Translations under genes and position numbers: made by a program
Assembly: GCA_946965045.2 (NCBI GenBank)
Contig: OX337240.1
Span: 1-64,000 of the forward strand
Length of the DNA stretch: 64,000 bases
Direction of reading: 5' to 3'
Source: Epithemia pelagica
Lineage: Eukaryota > Protista > Bacillariophyta
Part shown: one piece after another, positions 20,417 to 30,935 of the stretch
How positions within the stretch are numbered: position 1 is the stretch's first letter
Layout: each line of letters opens with the position of its first letter
The notes under the pieces: generated by a model
Databases searched by the model: none
Seen by the model: only the letters and a program-made list of their open reading frames with translations
Told to the model about the DNA's origin: nothing

Positions 20417-20844
20417 TACTTTAATAGCTGAGGGTGGACGAGGAGGAGCTAGGGTGTGAGGAGTGGCAAGACTCCGAGAAGGGCAATAGCGACGAGGAGT
20501 GGACTGCCCCTGTGAGATCCGCATAAGCGGATCGAGGGGGCAGTCCACGACGAGAAGCTATTGCCCGACGAGGAGTTAAGCCACGAGGAGCGCCCTGCGA
20601 CGAGGAGTCCCCCGGGGCTATTAGAGTATGTTAGCTTCCTTTGTCACGAGGAGTCGTGCCAGCGCACCTTTGGTAATTTTCGTCTTCCTAAGTGATCGGT
20701 TCTCTGAATGGATACTTAGTAGTCGTGAGCCTAATTACTTTTATACAATTGAGCGTGCCCTACTTTCGATAGGGCACTAGGTAATCTTAATTGCTTTTAA
20801 ATAACTGCGTCACCTAAGTGACCTCATCCGATTTTATCGGATGA
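20417..20844 (+). other. Densely structured region: 212-nt rod-like hairpin followed by five small hairpins; candidate structured RNA
   Basis: Manual pairing of nested helices from 20417-29/20616-28 inward to 20516-22/20527-33, with G-U wobbles on the + strand. Further hairpins at 20645-58, 20688-719, 20755-77, 20809-22 and 20824-44. Confidence 0.6.
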
Positions 20845-21040
20845 TTTAAAACGCTTAATGTCTAAGTATCATTTGTCTCACAATTATTGGATGCCAATCA
20901 AACTCCGAGGCGTGCTTTTTGCATAAATAGTGTGACAGAATACTTAGATCTTCCATCCCCCACTCCTCTCGCGACCCGACCACGAGCGACACAAGACAAC
21001 ACGTAACACAGCAGCATGCACCAACACAATGGGAACTCCT

Positions 21041-24000
21041 TGCCATACCCATGCATAATGGTAGGACGTAAAAATTATGATCTTTAGGAATTACACTAGG
21101 AAAGTGAGCGATGGCCAGAGAAGCCATCTGCACACGGGACAAGGACGGACTGAATTCCGAGAACGTCGGTGTCAAAGATGTCACAGATTCAACTAGGGAC
21201 CTATCGAGTCATGTTTACGTGGAGTCGTGGCGGGACAGAGTCCGGGTACCGCACTCTACCTCTCCCTGGTCGGACCTAGGAAGTTCGAGCGGGCCATGGG
21301 AAAGCTTGATGGCCAGAGGCCAACGGCAGTAAAACCCATGTCACACACGGTAAGGGATGAGACGCCTGATATTGATGCGCTCGGTAACGTGGGGACCACG
21401 TTGAATGGTCACGGTGCCATTGGAATGGACACGCGTGATCGTGAAAGGATTGGGACTGGTACGAAGTGCCAATTTGTCCGGATTGGTAGCGCGGATAAGC
21501 ACGCGATCTCCAATTTTGTAGTCATGAAAGACGCGAGAGCGATTTGCGAGTCGAGCTCGTTCGTCAACGATGATTTGGCGTTTTTGACGAATCAATTCCA
21601 TGTCCGCAAGGATGGGAATGTCGAACAGCATGTCGCGGTGGAACGCAAGACTGCCGGGAGAATGTTTGAGGCTGCCGTGTATGGCAGTGCGTGCAGAGTA
21701 TGCAGCGGTTTGCAGAGCAGTGTCGACCATAAGAGCGGCCTGTTCAATGTTTTGCGGCGGCTCGTAGTTAACGATAGCGCGTAATGAATTGCCGATTGTC
21801 AGATGAAGACGTTCACATAGGGCATTGGATTGTGGATTTTTGACCGTTAGGGGCACTGGCTTGATGCCATGATTGCGAAGCACTTGCGTAAACGCATGGC
21901 CGATGAACTCGCCGCCTTGATCGAAAAGGCAACGAACAGGGCGAGGATAGCGTGAAAGCCATGAATTCTCGAGTTGGAGACCAACATGTCGAGCGGTTTT
22001 GTCGTATATGCGGATAATCTCGCAAAAATTGGTGACAGTGTCAATGACCGTCAGAGCTTGAAAGGTTAGGGCCATGCCATGGACTTTGACTGTCCAGGGG
22101 CCGATAAGATCGACGGCAATGTCGGACCAGGGATTACCACGGACCTCACGAGGAGGCAATTCTCCGTAATGTCGATGAACGATCTTAGACCGTTGACAGG
22201 TCGGACAGCTGGAAACAGCTTGATCGCAGTAGAGTCCCAATTGGGGATGCGTCATGTGCATGGCGATAGTATCGCGGAGTCGCGTGGAACCGGCGTGGTT
22301 AAGCACGAGATGATACCAGTTGACTGTATGTGCGAGAAGCGAGTCGGGAATGCGAATGCGCCAGAGGGCATTAACCGATTGTCGATAACAGACAAGGTTG
22401 TATTGTGGATTTTCCGTAGGAAAGGGTTGCAAATGATAATAGTCAGGTTTGGATTGGACCAACGCCATTAAGGCGGCATCGTTTTGTTGATGCTGAGATA
22501 TCGTAGCATAGTCAACCGGTAGGGGTTGGTTGGCCGTAATGGCGGGATGATTAAGATACACATCGATCAACTCTTCGTCCATGAAAATAGGGGATTCATG
22601 AGAATCCGCGTCACGAGACGCTAAGCGGGGGTCATCATTAGGCGCACGAGGAACCTGAAACACGGAGTGTTTGCCGCTACGATCGAAAAGGGATCGGGGT
22701 CCAGACGAGGGACCGTCGGAAGGGACCTTGGAAGGGACACTCTTCTCCTCCTCTTCTGAAAGAGGGAGACGCGACAACGCGTCGGCGATGACGTTATCCT
22801 GGCCAGGAATATAATGAAAGATGGGATTGTATTCTTCGAGAAAGAGACGCCAACGAAGGACTCGTTGGGAGTTGAGAGTGGAATAAGTGAGATTTTTGTG
22901 ATCGGTATGAAGGTGCAAGGCGGCACAGCCAAGCAACATAGAGCGGAACTCCTTGAGGGTTTCGACGATGGAGAGTAACTCCTTTTCCATAGTGGTGTAA
23001 TTCCGCTGAGCGGGGTTGAGCTTGCGTGAGAAATACGCGACAGGGATGTTTTCCTGCATGATAACAGCGCCGAGCTGATAGTCAGACGCGTCCACAAAGA
23101 CGTGGAAAGGAATGTTGTGATCGGGATAGCGGATAAACGCATCATGCGCAAGCATGGCTTTGACGTTTTCAAAGGCTTTCTGACATTGCGGGGACCATTC
23201 AAAGGTTTTCTTGCCGGTCAAGGCTGTGAGCGGAGCTAAGTGATGGGATCGCTGAGGATACATGTGACGATAGAAATTAACCATGCCAATGAAGGAACGT
23301 AGTTCTTTCATGGTGCGAGGAGGCGATAAGGTCAGAATCGCGGAAATCTTTTTCTTCCATGGTCGTAGACCTGTAGGCGTGAGCCAATGGCCAAGGAAGT
23401 CGGTTTCCTGCACGGCCCATTCACATTTGTGAGGAGTGATAGAGAAGTTCTTGTCTTGAAGACGTTGAAGGACTTTGTTGAGAATCTCGACATGTTCTTC
23501 CCAACTGTCGGAAAAGACGCCGATATCGTCGATGTAGACCTCGACGTGATCGCGAAAGTCAGCGAGGACTTCTTCCATGAGCTCCTGACAGAAGTCTGGG
23601 GATTGCTTAACTCCCATAGGGAGACGACGATAGCGAAATTTGCCAAAAGGCGTAGTGATAACGCAAAGATTGCTGGAAAACTCGTCGAGTTTGAAAGTGT
23701 GAAAACACATAGAGATGTCAAGTTTTGTGAAATACTTGTAGCCTTTGCGTCGTCGAAGGATATCTTCGATCCTTGGAAAGGGATAGACGCGGCGATACAT
23801 TTGCGCATTAAGCGAACGAAAGTCCGAGATCATTCGGATTCGTCCATCCTTTTTAGGAATGGCGAAATGAGGAGCGGCCCACTCAGTGGAACCAACTCGT
23901 TCGAGAATGCCGATATCGACAAACCGAAACAATTCCTTTTTAAAGGTGTCATGGATATTGCGAGGGACCGCATAATGACGATGATGAGCCGGTTTGGCAT

Positions 24001-26757
24001 CGGGCATGAGATCGAGATGCAACTCTTTGTCCGGATAGGCACGCAGGACGCCGTCAAAGATGCGCCCGCATTTCAGCCACACACCAAGAAGATCTTGTTG
24101 TTGTGAGGGCGTCAGATGAGTCTGTTGAGCAAGAAGCTCATCGAGATCTGCCTGTTTGTAATTTGAATCAAGCAGGTAATCGTCACCGAGGACGTCATCA
24201 TCTGCGAAGAGATCGATGAAATGTGAGACGAACTCATGTTCAGTCGCGAATGACTCGCGGTCGCGCATAGCGACTTCAATGGAGTCCCACGAGGAGATTC
24301 CTCGTTCGAAATCAAGAAGGACGCCCAGACGGCGAAGCAAATCGCGACCGATGATGATATCATAGCGACTGTTGGGAGCATCATAGATATCGACCCATAA
24401 GGGATAGGTTACGTGTTTGGTTCGTGAGAACTCTGGAAGAACAATGTCTTCCAGGAGGATTTCGGACACACCGGAACGAGTTCCCATGGTCGTGTTCACG
24501 GAACGGTCGGTAGACCGCGGTATCATGCCTGGTTGAAGGCAACGTGAATGAAGAATCGTCTTGTCAGCGCCTGAGTCGAGCAGGGCACGCAAGGGAAGCG
24601 TATTTTCAACACCGCCAATATGGCGAGCCATGACGATGGTGAGTGGAACGCATTCAGGCCGAGAAGGCGAATCGAACGAAGGAACATCACTAGATGAAGG
24701 AAATTGGGAGTAGAACTCATCATAAGACTCTAGGTTATCCAAGTAACCGTTATTGGGATCAATCACCTCGCTTATAAAAGCGTCATCACGACATAGAGAC
24801 GCGGGCGTAAGCAGCGAGACCTCCTTCAGTGGACAGGTCGTAGATGTGGGAAATGTCAATTCCGCGCCCATAGATTTTATTGAGCTGGTCGATGACCTTG
24901 TTGATGGGTGCATCGGGATGGATTGCGCTGCCGGCATAGCCGTTGGCGGGCCAGTTTGGATCTGACATTGCTGCGAGAACAAATTGCCCAGGTGATGAGT
25001 CGGATCGTCAGGAGACGATGAAAAGGAAGATGAAAGGTGAGACGTACCGGGGACCGTCTTCTCAGGATTGCGAAGATCGCTCCACTGCTGGATTCCCTCA
25101 GCATCGACAGGAATGGTAGGAACGCATCCTGGAGGAGGAGCTACGGCAGGAGGATTGGCAGGAACGGCATTCCATCCATTACCGGCACCAGCAGAGTCAG
25201 AGGCGTGTTGATCACTGCCACGACCTGGGGCAGAAGGACGAGAGCCCCAAGTGGCACGCAGAGGAACGGAAGAGCCACCACGTGGGTTGTTATTGCCATT
25301 GGAGGAACCACCACTTTGAGGAGGATTGGTTCCGGCGTTGCCGCCACTGGTAGAACGGTTAGAACGTTGAACCATGACGTCAAAAAGGCTTTGATTGAAA
25401 TTGCGACCCGTAGGATTATAAATGCAATCAGCCCAAGAATGGTTGCGATGAGATTCCATCGTGGTCCGATACGGACAGGGATCGGAGTTGCCATCGGAGG
25501 CGCCACGATTGTCTCCGGAGGAGGCATTACGGTCGGAGGAGCCAAGGCGATTTCCTCCACGTGAGGAGTCACGACTGCCACCGCGGAGTCCACCACGAGA
25601 GTGGCGAGAGCGCACGCGACGATCGCGATTGCCGCTGTTGTTGGAGTCGCGGGGACGAGAGCGGTCTTGACGAGACTGCGAACGATTTTGTTGTTGCTCA
25701 CGTAGGAGGGCCTTTTGCTTGGAGGCGCGCTGGTATCCACGCATGGCTTGTAAGAGGGCATCCGTGTCAAAGTGATTGACAATGTCCGGCACCAAAGGAT
25801 TGGCTTGTTGAAATTCCGTGCGCCATGTAGTCGGCGAGCCTTGGTAAAAGGCTTGTTTGATTTCGTCTTCCGTGAGGGGGACGATTGCAGCGTCAGAGCT
25901 GAGGTACTTGAGACCATTAGAGAACTTGCGTAGAGACTGCAAATGCGAATCCACAGTCATGTCCGAGGGCTTTCGAGGCCCGGAAAGAAGGAAGGTGCGG
26001 AAAGCACTAACTTCACTGACAAGGACAAGGGGGGCGAAGACCGCAGCAATCAAACCTTGGAAACAGGCTTTATCGAGATTGGTGCCTGGAGGCAAACCGT
26101 TGTAGGCTTCGAGAAAAGGATCAGCGATAACGCTGGTGACCGAGCGAGGAAAATACTCGCAACAAGCGGCGAAGGGGTCCGGATGACCGGAGATGCGAAT
26201 CTTGTCCACGAAGTGGAGGACCCAAAGAAAGAGATCGCAAGGATCTTCATCCGTCGACTCCCGAAAGGGGAGGAGGTTAGCGTAATACTTGTCGTCGTCA
26301 TCTTTGAGCTTGAGCAAAGAGAAGGAATCGGAGGACAGAGCCTCATCAACGCGACGTTGGAAGCGGAGTGCATCGACAAGGGTAATGAACCCATTAGTGT
26401 TGTCTGCCATGATGGAGAGATGCAATGGTGAGAAAAGGAAAGGAAAGGAATCAAAGGACGGGCAAAAGGAATTGCACAAACGTCGGCCGCCGGAGGCGTG
26501 TTATGGTGAAGAAGGAAAAAGGGCGTTGAGGAATCTGATCAGAGTGCCATACCCATGCATAATGGTAGGACGTAAAAATTATGATCTTTAGGAATTACAC
26601 TAGGAAAGTGAGCGATGGCCAGAGAAGCCATCTGCACACGGGACAAGGACGGACTGAATTCCGAGAACGTCGGTGTCAAAGATGTCACAGATTCAACTAG
26701 GGACCTATCGAGTCATGTTTACGTGGAGTCGTGGCGGGACAGAGTCCGGGTACCGCA
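21041..26757 (-). mobile_element. Intact Ty3/Gypsy LTR retrotransposon, 5717 bp
   Basis: 213-bp LTRs (21041-21253 and 26545-26757, TG...CA, identical by eye), 5-bp target-site duplication (TSD) CTCCT, polypurine tract at 21254-21267 on the minus strand. Confidence 0.97.
21341..26410 (-). CDS. gag-pol: Gag-Pol polyprotein (Gag, PR, RT, RNase H, IN order)
   Basis: Single ORF with probable start MADNTNG. Motifs: PR LLDSGA, RT YIDD, RNase H VDAS..EKE..TDH, IN HHCC followed by DLIG/DQG/E. Confidence 0.96.
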   Translation of the reverse strand: MADNTNGFITLVDALRFQRRVDEALSSDSFSLLKLKDDDDKYYANLLPFRESTDEDPCDLFLWVLHFVDKIRISGHPDPFAACCEYFPRSVTSVIADPFLEAYNGLPPGTNLDKACFQGLIAAVFAPLVLVSEVSAFRTFLLSGPRKPSDMTVDSHLQSLRKFSNGLKYLSSDAAIVPLTEDEIKQAFYQGSPTTWRTEFQQANPLVPDIVNHFDTDALLQAMRGYQRASKQKALLREQQQNRSQSRQDRSRPRDSNNSGNRDRRVRSRHSRGGLRGGSRDSSRGGNRLGSSDRNASSGDNRGASDGNSDPCPYRTTMESHRNHSWADCIYNPTGRNFNQSLFDVMVQRSNRSTSGGNAGTNPPQSGGSSNGNNNPRGGSSVPLRATWGSRPSAPGRGSDQHASDSAGAGNGWNAVPANPPAVAPPPGCVPTIPVDAEGIQQWSDLRNPEKTVPGTSHLSSSFSSSPDDPTHHLGNLFSQQCQIQTGPPTAMPAAQSIPMHPSTRSSTSSIKSMGAELTFPTSTTCPLKEVSLLTPASLCRDDAFISEVIDPNNGYLDNLESYDEFYSQFPSSSDVPSFDSPSRPECVPLTIVMARHIGGVENTLPLRALLDSGADKTILHSRCLQPGMIPRSTDRSVNTTMGTRSGVSEILLEDIVLPEFSRTKHVTYPLWVDIYDAPNSRYDIIIGRDLLRRLGVLLDFERGISSWDSIEVAMRDRESFATEHEFVSHFIDLFADDDVLGDDYLLDSNYKQADLDELLAQQTHLTPSQQQDLLGVWLKCGRIFDGVLRAYPDKELHLDLMPDAKPAHHRHYAVPRNIHDTFKKELFRFVDIGILERVGSTEWAAPHFAIPKKDGRIRMISDFRSLNAQMYRRVYPFPRIEDILRRRKGYKYFTKLDISMCFHTFKLDEFSSNLCVITTPFGKFRYRRLPMGVKQSPDFCQELMEEVLADFRDHVEVYIDDIGVFSDSWEEHVEILNKVLQRLQDKNFSITPHKCEWAVQETDFLGHWLTPTGLRPWKKKISAILTLSPPRTMKELRSFIGMVNFYRHMYPQRSHHLAPLTALTGKKTFEWSPQCQKAFENVKAMLAHDAFIRYPDHNIPFHVFVDASDYQLGAVIMQENIPVAYFSRKLNPAQRNYTTMEKELLSIVETLKEFRSMLLGCAALHLHTDHKNLTYSTLNSQRVLRWRLFLEEYNPIFHYIPGQDNVIADALSRLPLSEEEEKSVPSKVPSDGPSSGPRSLFDRSGKHSVFQVPRAPNDDPRLASRDADSHESPIFMDEELIDVYLNHPAITANQPLPVDYATISQHQQNDAALMALVQSKPDYYHLQPFPTENPQYNLVCYRQSVNALWRIRIPDSLLAHTVNWYHLVLNHAGSTRLRDTIAMHMTHPQLGLYCDQAVSSCPTCQRSKIVHRHYGELPPREVRGNPWSDIAVDLIGPWTVKVHGMALTFQALTVIDTVTNFCEIIRIYDKTARHVGLQLENSWLSRYPRPVRCLFDQGGEFIGHAFTQVLRNHGIKPVPLTVKNPQSNALCERLHLTIGNSLRAIVNYEPPQNIEQAALMVDTALQTAAYSARTAIHGSLKHSPGSLAFHRDMLFDIPILADMELIRQKRQIIVDERARLANRSRVFHDYKIGDRVLIRATNPDKLALRTSPNPFTITRVHSNGTVTIQRGPHVTERINIRRLIPYRV

Positions 26758-26946
26758 CTCCTACACAACACTAGAATAAAAAATCGAAGTACAGTAATTT
26801 TTGGGGCTTAGGTAGTGGGAGTGTGGGGAGTGACTTACTCCTCAGTGAGTGCTCAGTGAGTGGGGAGGGGTAGGACGACGAGTGATAAAGGTAGCCTCAT
26901 ATGAGGATTTGTCCTCTTATGAGGACCGGGGTAGAATAGACACTAG

Positions 26947-27997
26947 CAACAGCCACAGCAGCGACAAGGACCAGCACCACGAGGGATCTTCGTCGTCTTC
27001 TTCCTTGACCAGTACGGTTTCCTTCTGGACCATTGTGTTTTGGCTGTGCATGGTACTGGGAAGTGTCTTTGTGTGTCTCTTGATTGCTGTGGTCCTTTAT
27101 GATTCGTGCGATTCCCACCGCCTTGCTTGGTGCTGCTTGTTTCGAACCAATGACGACGAACCGGACGACAGCAGCAATGACAAACGGCCCACACAACAGG
27201 ACCCCGCCCAGGTGAAACGTCAAATCGAGTGGTTGCTACAATCGGTCGTGCTGCGAGAGACAACCTACACGGTCCGTCCTTCCGATCTGGTTGTGCCGTT
27301 GGAGGAGGAGGAGCATGACAGTCCAAGCAGCAACAGCAGCAGCAGCAGTACAAACCAAACGACCAAGGACCATGACGACGACGACAACGACGAGATCCAT
27401 CCTACTAGGAATACGAGTCGTTGGAACCTAGAACAAGGGCAAGAATCCTCCATACCACTGGCAGAAAAAGAAGAAGACGCAACAGCAACGCCACCACAAC
27501 CAGTATGCACAGTAGTGGAAACCACCGAATCCAGCACTCCCTCCCATCCAAAGGACGACTTGGAAACAAACACGAGCACCACCTCTCTGCTACGATTGCC
27601 CCTGCCCACTTCTTCACCACCACCACAGCCAGTCTTTATCCAAGAGAACAAGGCAACTTGCAACCAACGAGGACGTACACTCCCTCCTTGTGACAGTGCT
27701 GCTACTTGTAGCCCCGAGTCCTCTAGTATCACTCCTACCAATGTGAATGAAGACAAGACCAGGACGAGTCGATGTGTTCCCAATCTCTGCGCCATTTGTC
27801 TCAATTCCTTTGCCGTGGGAGAACAAGTGTCATGGTCGCCCTTCTTTTCGTCTTCTTGTTCTTTGAGTGTGGAGAAGCTTGATCCATGCGCCCGCAAGAG
27901 TCGAACAACTGGCCAACGTCAAGCCACTCCACGGACCACTAGCACCATAAAGGGAGGATGTTCTCATGTCTTTCATACGTCCTGTCTGGTGGAGTAA
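26947..27997 (+). pseudogene. 3' part of a TM + RING-H2 E3-ligase-like gene; RING incomplete
   Basis: TM FWTIVFWLCMVLGSVFVCLLIAVVLY; CAICLNSF...CSHVFHTSCLVE*. The stop (or a GTAAG donor) falls at the conserved Trp and the last CxxC was not found. Confidence 0.75.
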
Positions 27998-28034
27998 GCC
28001 CAAGTGTGTTTTCAAAAACACGTCGTGGACGACA

Positions 28035-29005
28035 ATGCATCTCCAAGGCCTTGCGCAAATTGTCGGCCGTCAGCTCCAGGCGGTTGGTTTGACGGCTGGG
28101 CAAGGTTCCATCCTCCAACAACGTTGCAAGTTGGGTCAAGATATCATGTTGTCGCTCCGACTGAACATGAGGGCGGCCGAAAAGTTGACCGACTTCCAAA
28201 AGAGTTGAAACAAATCGACCGTGGCCGAGGGCCAAATACTACAAATGCCTCCAAAGGGTTTGATGAGACCGACAAAATCGGTAAATAGATCTTCCGTCAA
28301 GTCCACTGTATGCAAAATATAGTCGACTGCTTTAATTCCAAGCTCCTCTTGGATTTGAGTTGTCAAGTTTTGACGGTGATTAATGACATGATGTGCTCCC
28401 ATTTGAAGGACATAGTCTCGAGATTCATCGCGGGATGCTGTGGCAATCACAGTGAGACCCAAGACTTTGGAGGCAAGAGCAATGGCTGCTGTGGCCACAC
28501 CACCGGCTCCTCCGGTAATGAGAATGGTTTTTCCCGCATTGTCTTGCTTGTGGGGCGATACCTTGAGTTGATCGTAAATGGCTTCCCAAGCGGTCAAGGA
28601 GGTGAGAGGTTCCGAGGCAGCTTGACTCCAGGATAGATTGGCTGGCTTGGGGCCCACGAAATGTTCGTCGACCAACAAATATTCCGCAAATGCACCTGAC
28701 CGGAAAAAGTCACCGGCAAACATGACCTCATCACCTACTTGGAACAAGGAAGATTCCTCTCCAACTTGTTCGACAATTCCAGCGGCATCCCACCCCACGA
28801 CGAGGGGTTCGGTGCCTTCAAAGGGTTCAGTATCTTTTCCGAGATTTCCCAATCGTTTATAATCAATGGGATTGGTTGCTACCGCTTTGACGCGGATGAG
28901 GAGATCATGTCCTGTCGGCGAAGAGGGCTTGTCCATTTCGACTTGCTGGAGTGCAGACAAGTCTCCCACTGCTTTGTATTCGGTAACGGCAAAAGCTTTC
29001 ATCAT
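28035..29005 (-). pseudogene. Zinc-type alcohol dehydrogenase/quinone reductase-like (MDR) gene, frameshifted and 3'-truncated
   Basis: AVATNPIDYK, VGWDAAG and ITGGAGGVA motifs. After MFSRS the homology continues in another frame (RQHDIL...ADNLRKALEMH); the usual terminal GKxVL segment is absent. Confidence 0.8.
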
Positions 29006-29299
29006 GTTTTGTGGTGTTTGGTTTGTGTATGATTTTGGTTGTTGGTTTGTAGGATTTTGGTTTTATGAGAGCACAACTGATCCAAAAGAAAAGAGAAACG
29101 CAGTGTTTCTGGCATGAATTCGGAAGACAATTCTCATATAAATTTCCAGAGTCTACTCTACTACTCGAAGTGGGTGGATCGAATTCGGAAGACGAAATGC
29201 ACTGATTTTTCTATAGTGTACAGTCTTGGACGTCACACTCACACCCACTGAACTCGAAAGAGAACTTGCATACAATTTCTCAGAGTGTACACTGCAACG

Positions 29300-29920
29300 A
29301 TGATGAACTCGGAAGCACATACACTAATATTCGCTATCGGAATCGGTCCAGCCCGAGCAGCTTTCTCACAATGGGCGGACAACGCATTTTCCAACGACGC
29401 GGCACGAAACCAAATCATCGAATCAAGTCTGAAGTCAGAGCAGAGGTTGAAGCAGACTGTTTGACGGCGGTCAGGTTTGTCTGATTTTGGTGGATGGATG
29501 CCACCAAGGTTTACGAAAGTATGGGATCCTCCATTGTGGCACTTGGATAGCTCTCTCGAGTGGCCTTCACCTCCAGTTTCGTTGTCTCTGACTGGAAATG
29601 CGATACTATCTGGATCTATTCTGGAGGGGATGGTCGGAGCTCAGGGACCGCGTGCAACGACGAGGATTTTCATCGAAGCGCTTGTTGCGTTGTTTCGTGA
29701 AGGTGCGTGCGAAGCATATTTCTTTTGCGCCTTGATGCGACAGCGACATTTATATTGGACATGACCAAAGCATTTGAAAGCACCGAAAGCAAGTTCCCCG
29801 TTGTCCGAACATGTCAAATCAAGGCAACGGATGGTTCATTTCCAACGGCGCACTGTCGATTTGTTGACGCCTCTCGACTACCCATCCGTCTGTGACTCTC
29901 CAAACAGCCTCTACCAGCTG
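29300..29920 (-). pseudogene. Possible degenerate pogo/Tigger-like transposase N-terminus
   Basis: GESQTDG*SRGVNKSTVRRWK* resembles a CENP-B/psq HTH, and LENALSAHCEKAARAGPIP lies downstream. Multiple stops. Confidence 0.22.
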
Positions 29921-30935
29921 CAATGAGGCTGTGCAAACCACGGCTGGTTGCATGTGGAATTTTTCACACGAGTTATCGACCACAACAAAAAGGAGAGGAG
30001 TGAAATGAGGGACTTTCATGACAGACGTTCGGAGAAACTTTCAAAAATTAGACTGACATTCGGACAGACCATCCAGTGACCGTCGATGTCTCCATTACTC
30101 TTCCATATTGACTCTTCTTAAAGAAAATGACCCTAGCTGTCTTGTCAATGCCACTTCATCTGCGTTCCTCAGTTTAACCCTATCCCTAAAAACGAAAGTT
30201 TTCCCGAATGTCTCTCATTTCGCCATGAAGCCCTGAAAAAGTCAAATGAAAGACTTTCGGATAGCTTTTTGAGAGACGTTCGGAGTTTTAGGATAGCTTT
30301 TTGAGAGACTTTCGGGAAAACTTTTGATCCCCATACACTACTATATAACGAACCCAACCAGCAACGAATACTCATAGAGGCATCGTTGGCGTTGTCATCG
30401 CCAGTCGCCATCTCAATTCTCATATCGTAAATCGTAATATCAGATCATCTGATCCAACCAACAAATAATAGAGAGTGATGAATTTTTGATTGCTCAAACT
30501 CATGATTCCTTCGCGCGTCCACCAGTCGCTCGATATGCATATTATTCATTATTCCATCCGGCCCAGTGGCTCGGCCTTTTGCTCAGGCTAGGCCCAACGA
30601 TAATTCTTTGTAGACGGAGAACCCATAATTCAAGATAAGTCTCAAATCCCCCGTTGTCCCCCATTGAATGTATTGGGAGATTCGGTCGCGGATATACTGT
30701 GAATTCCATCTCCATGATAGTGTAGTGGTGACAGCGTTTGCAATTCGGAGTTCTCATGCCTCGGCCCTGGACTTTTGATGCGTTCGCATTTGGACGTCCT
30801 ATGTCCTATGCGATCGTAGAAACTGGTTGAGAGCAAATCCAAAAAATCTCAGAGGTGCTCACTATATTCGTTTTTGGCCTTGCCAACCACACCTACAAGC
30901 GACACAACACCAAAACCACCCACCCAACTACCACC

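Larger units (their letters stand above)
19618..26942. mobile_element. Non-autonomous TIR element (~1.6 kb without the nested Gypsy)
   Basis: Perfect 18-bp TIRs TGTCTATTCTACCCCGGT (19618-19635 and 26925-26942), CTAG on both sides, and subterminal palindromes GTCCTCATATGAGGAC at both ends. Confidence 0.85.

Noticed and set aside
28040-28070. PCANCR as the missing last CxxC of the RING after a stop
   Set aside because: It is the antisense of the MDR gene's ADNLRKAL codons, so it is probably coincidental.
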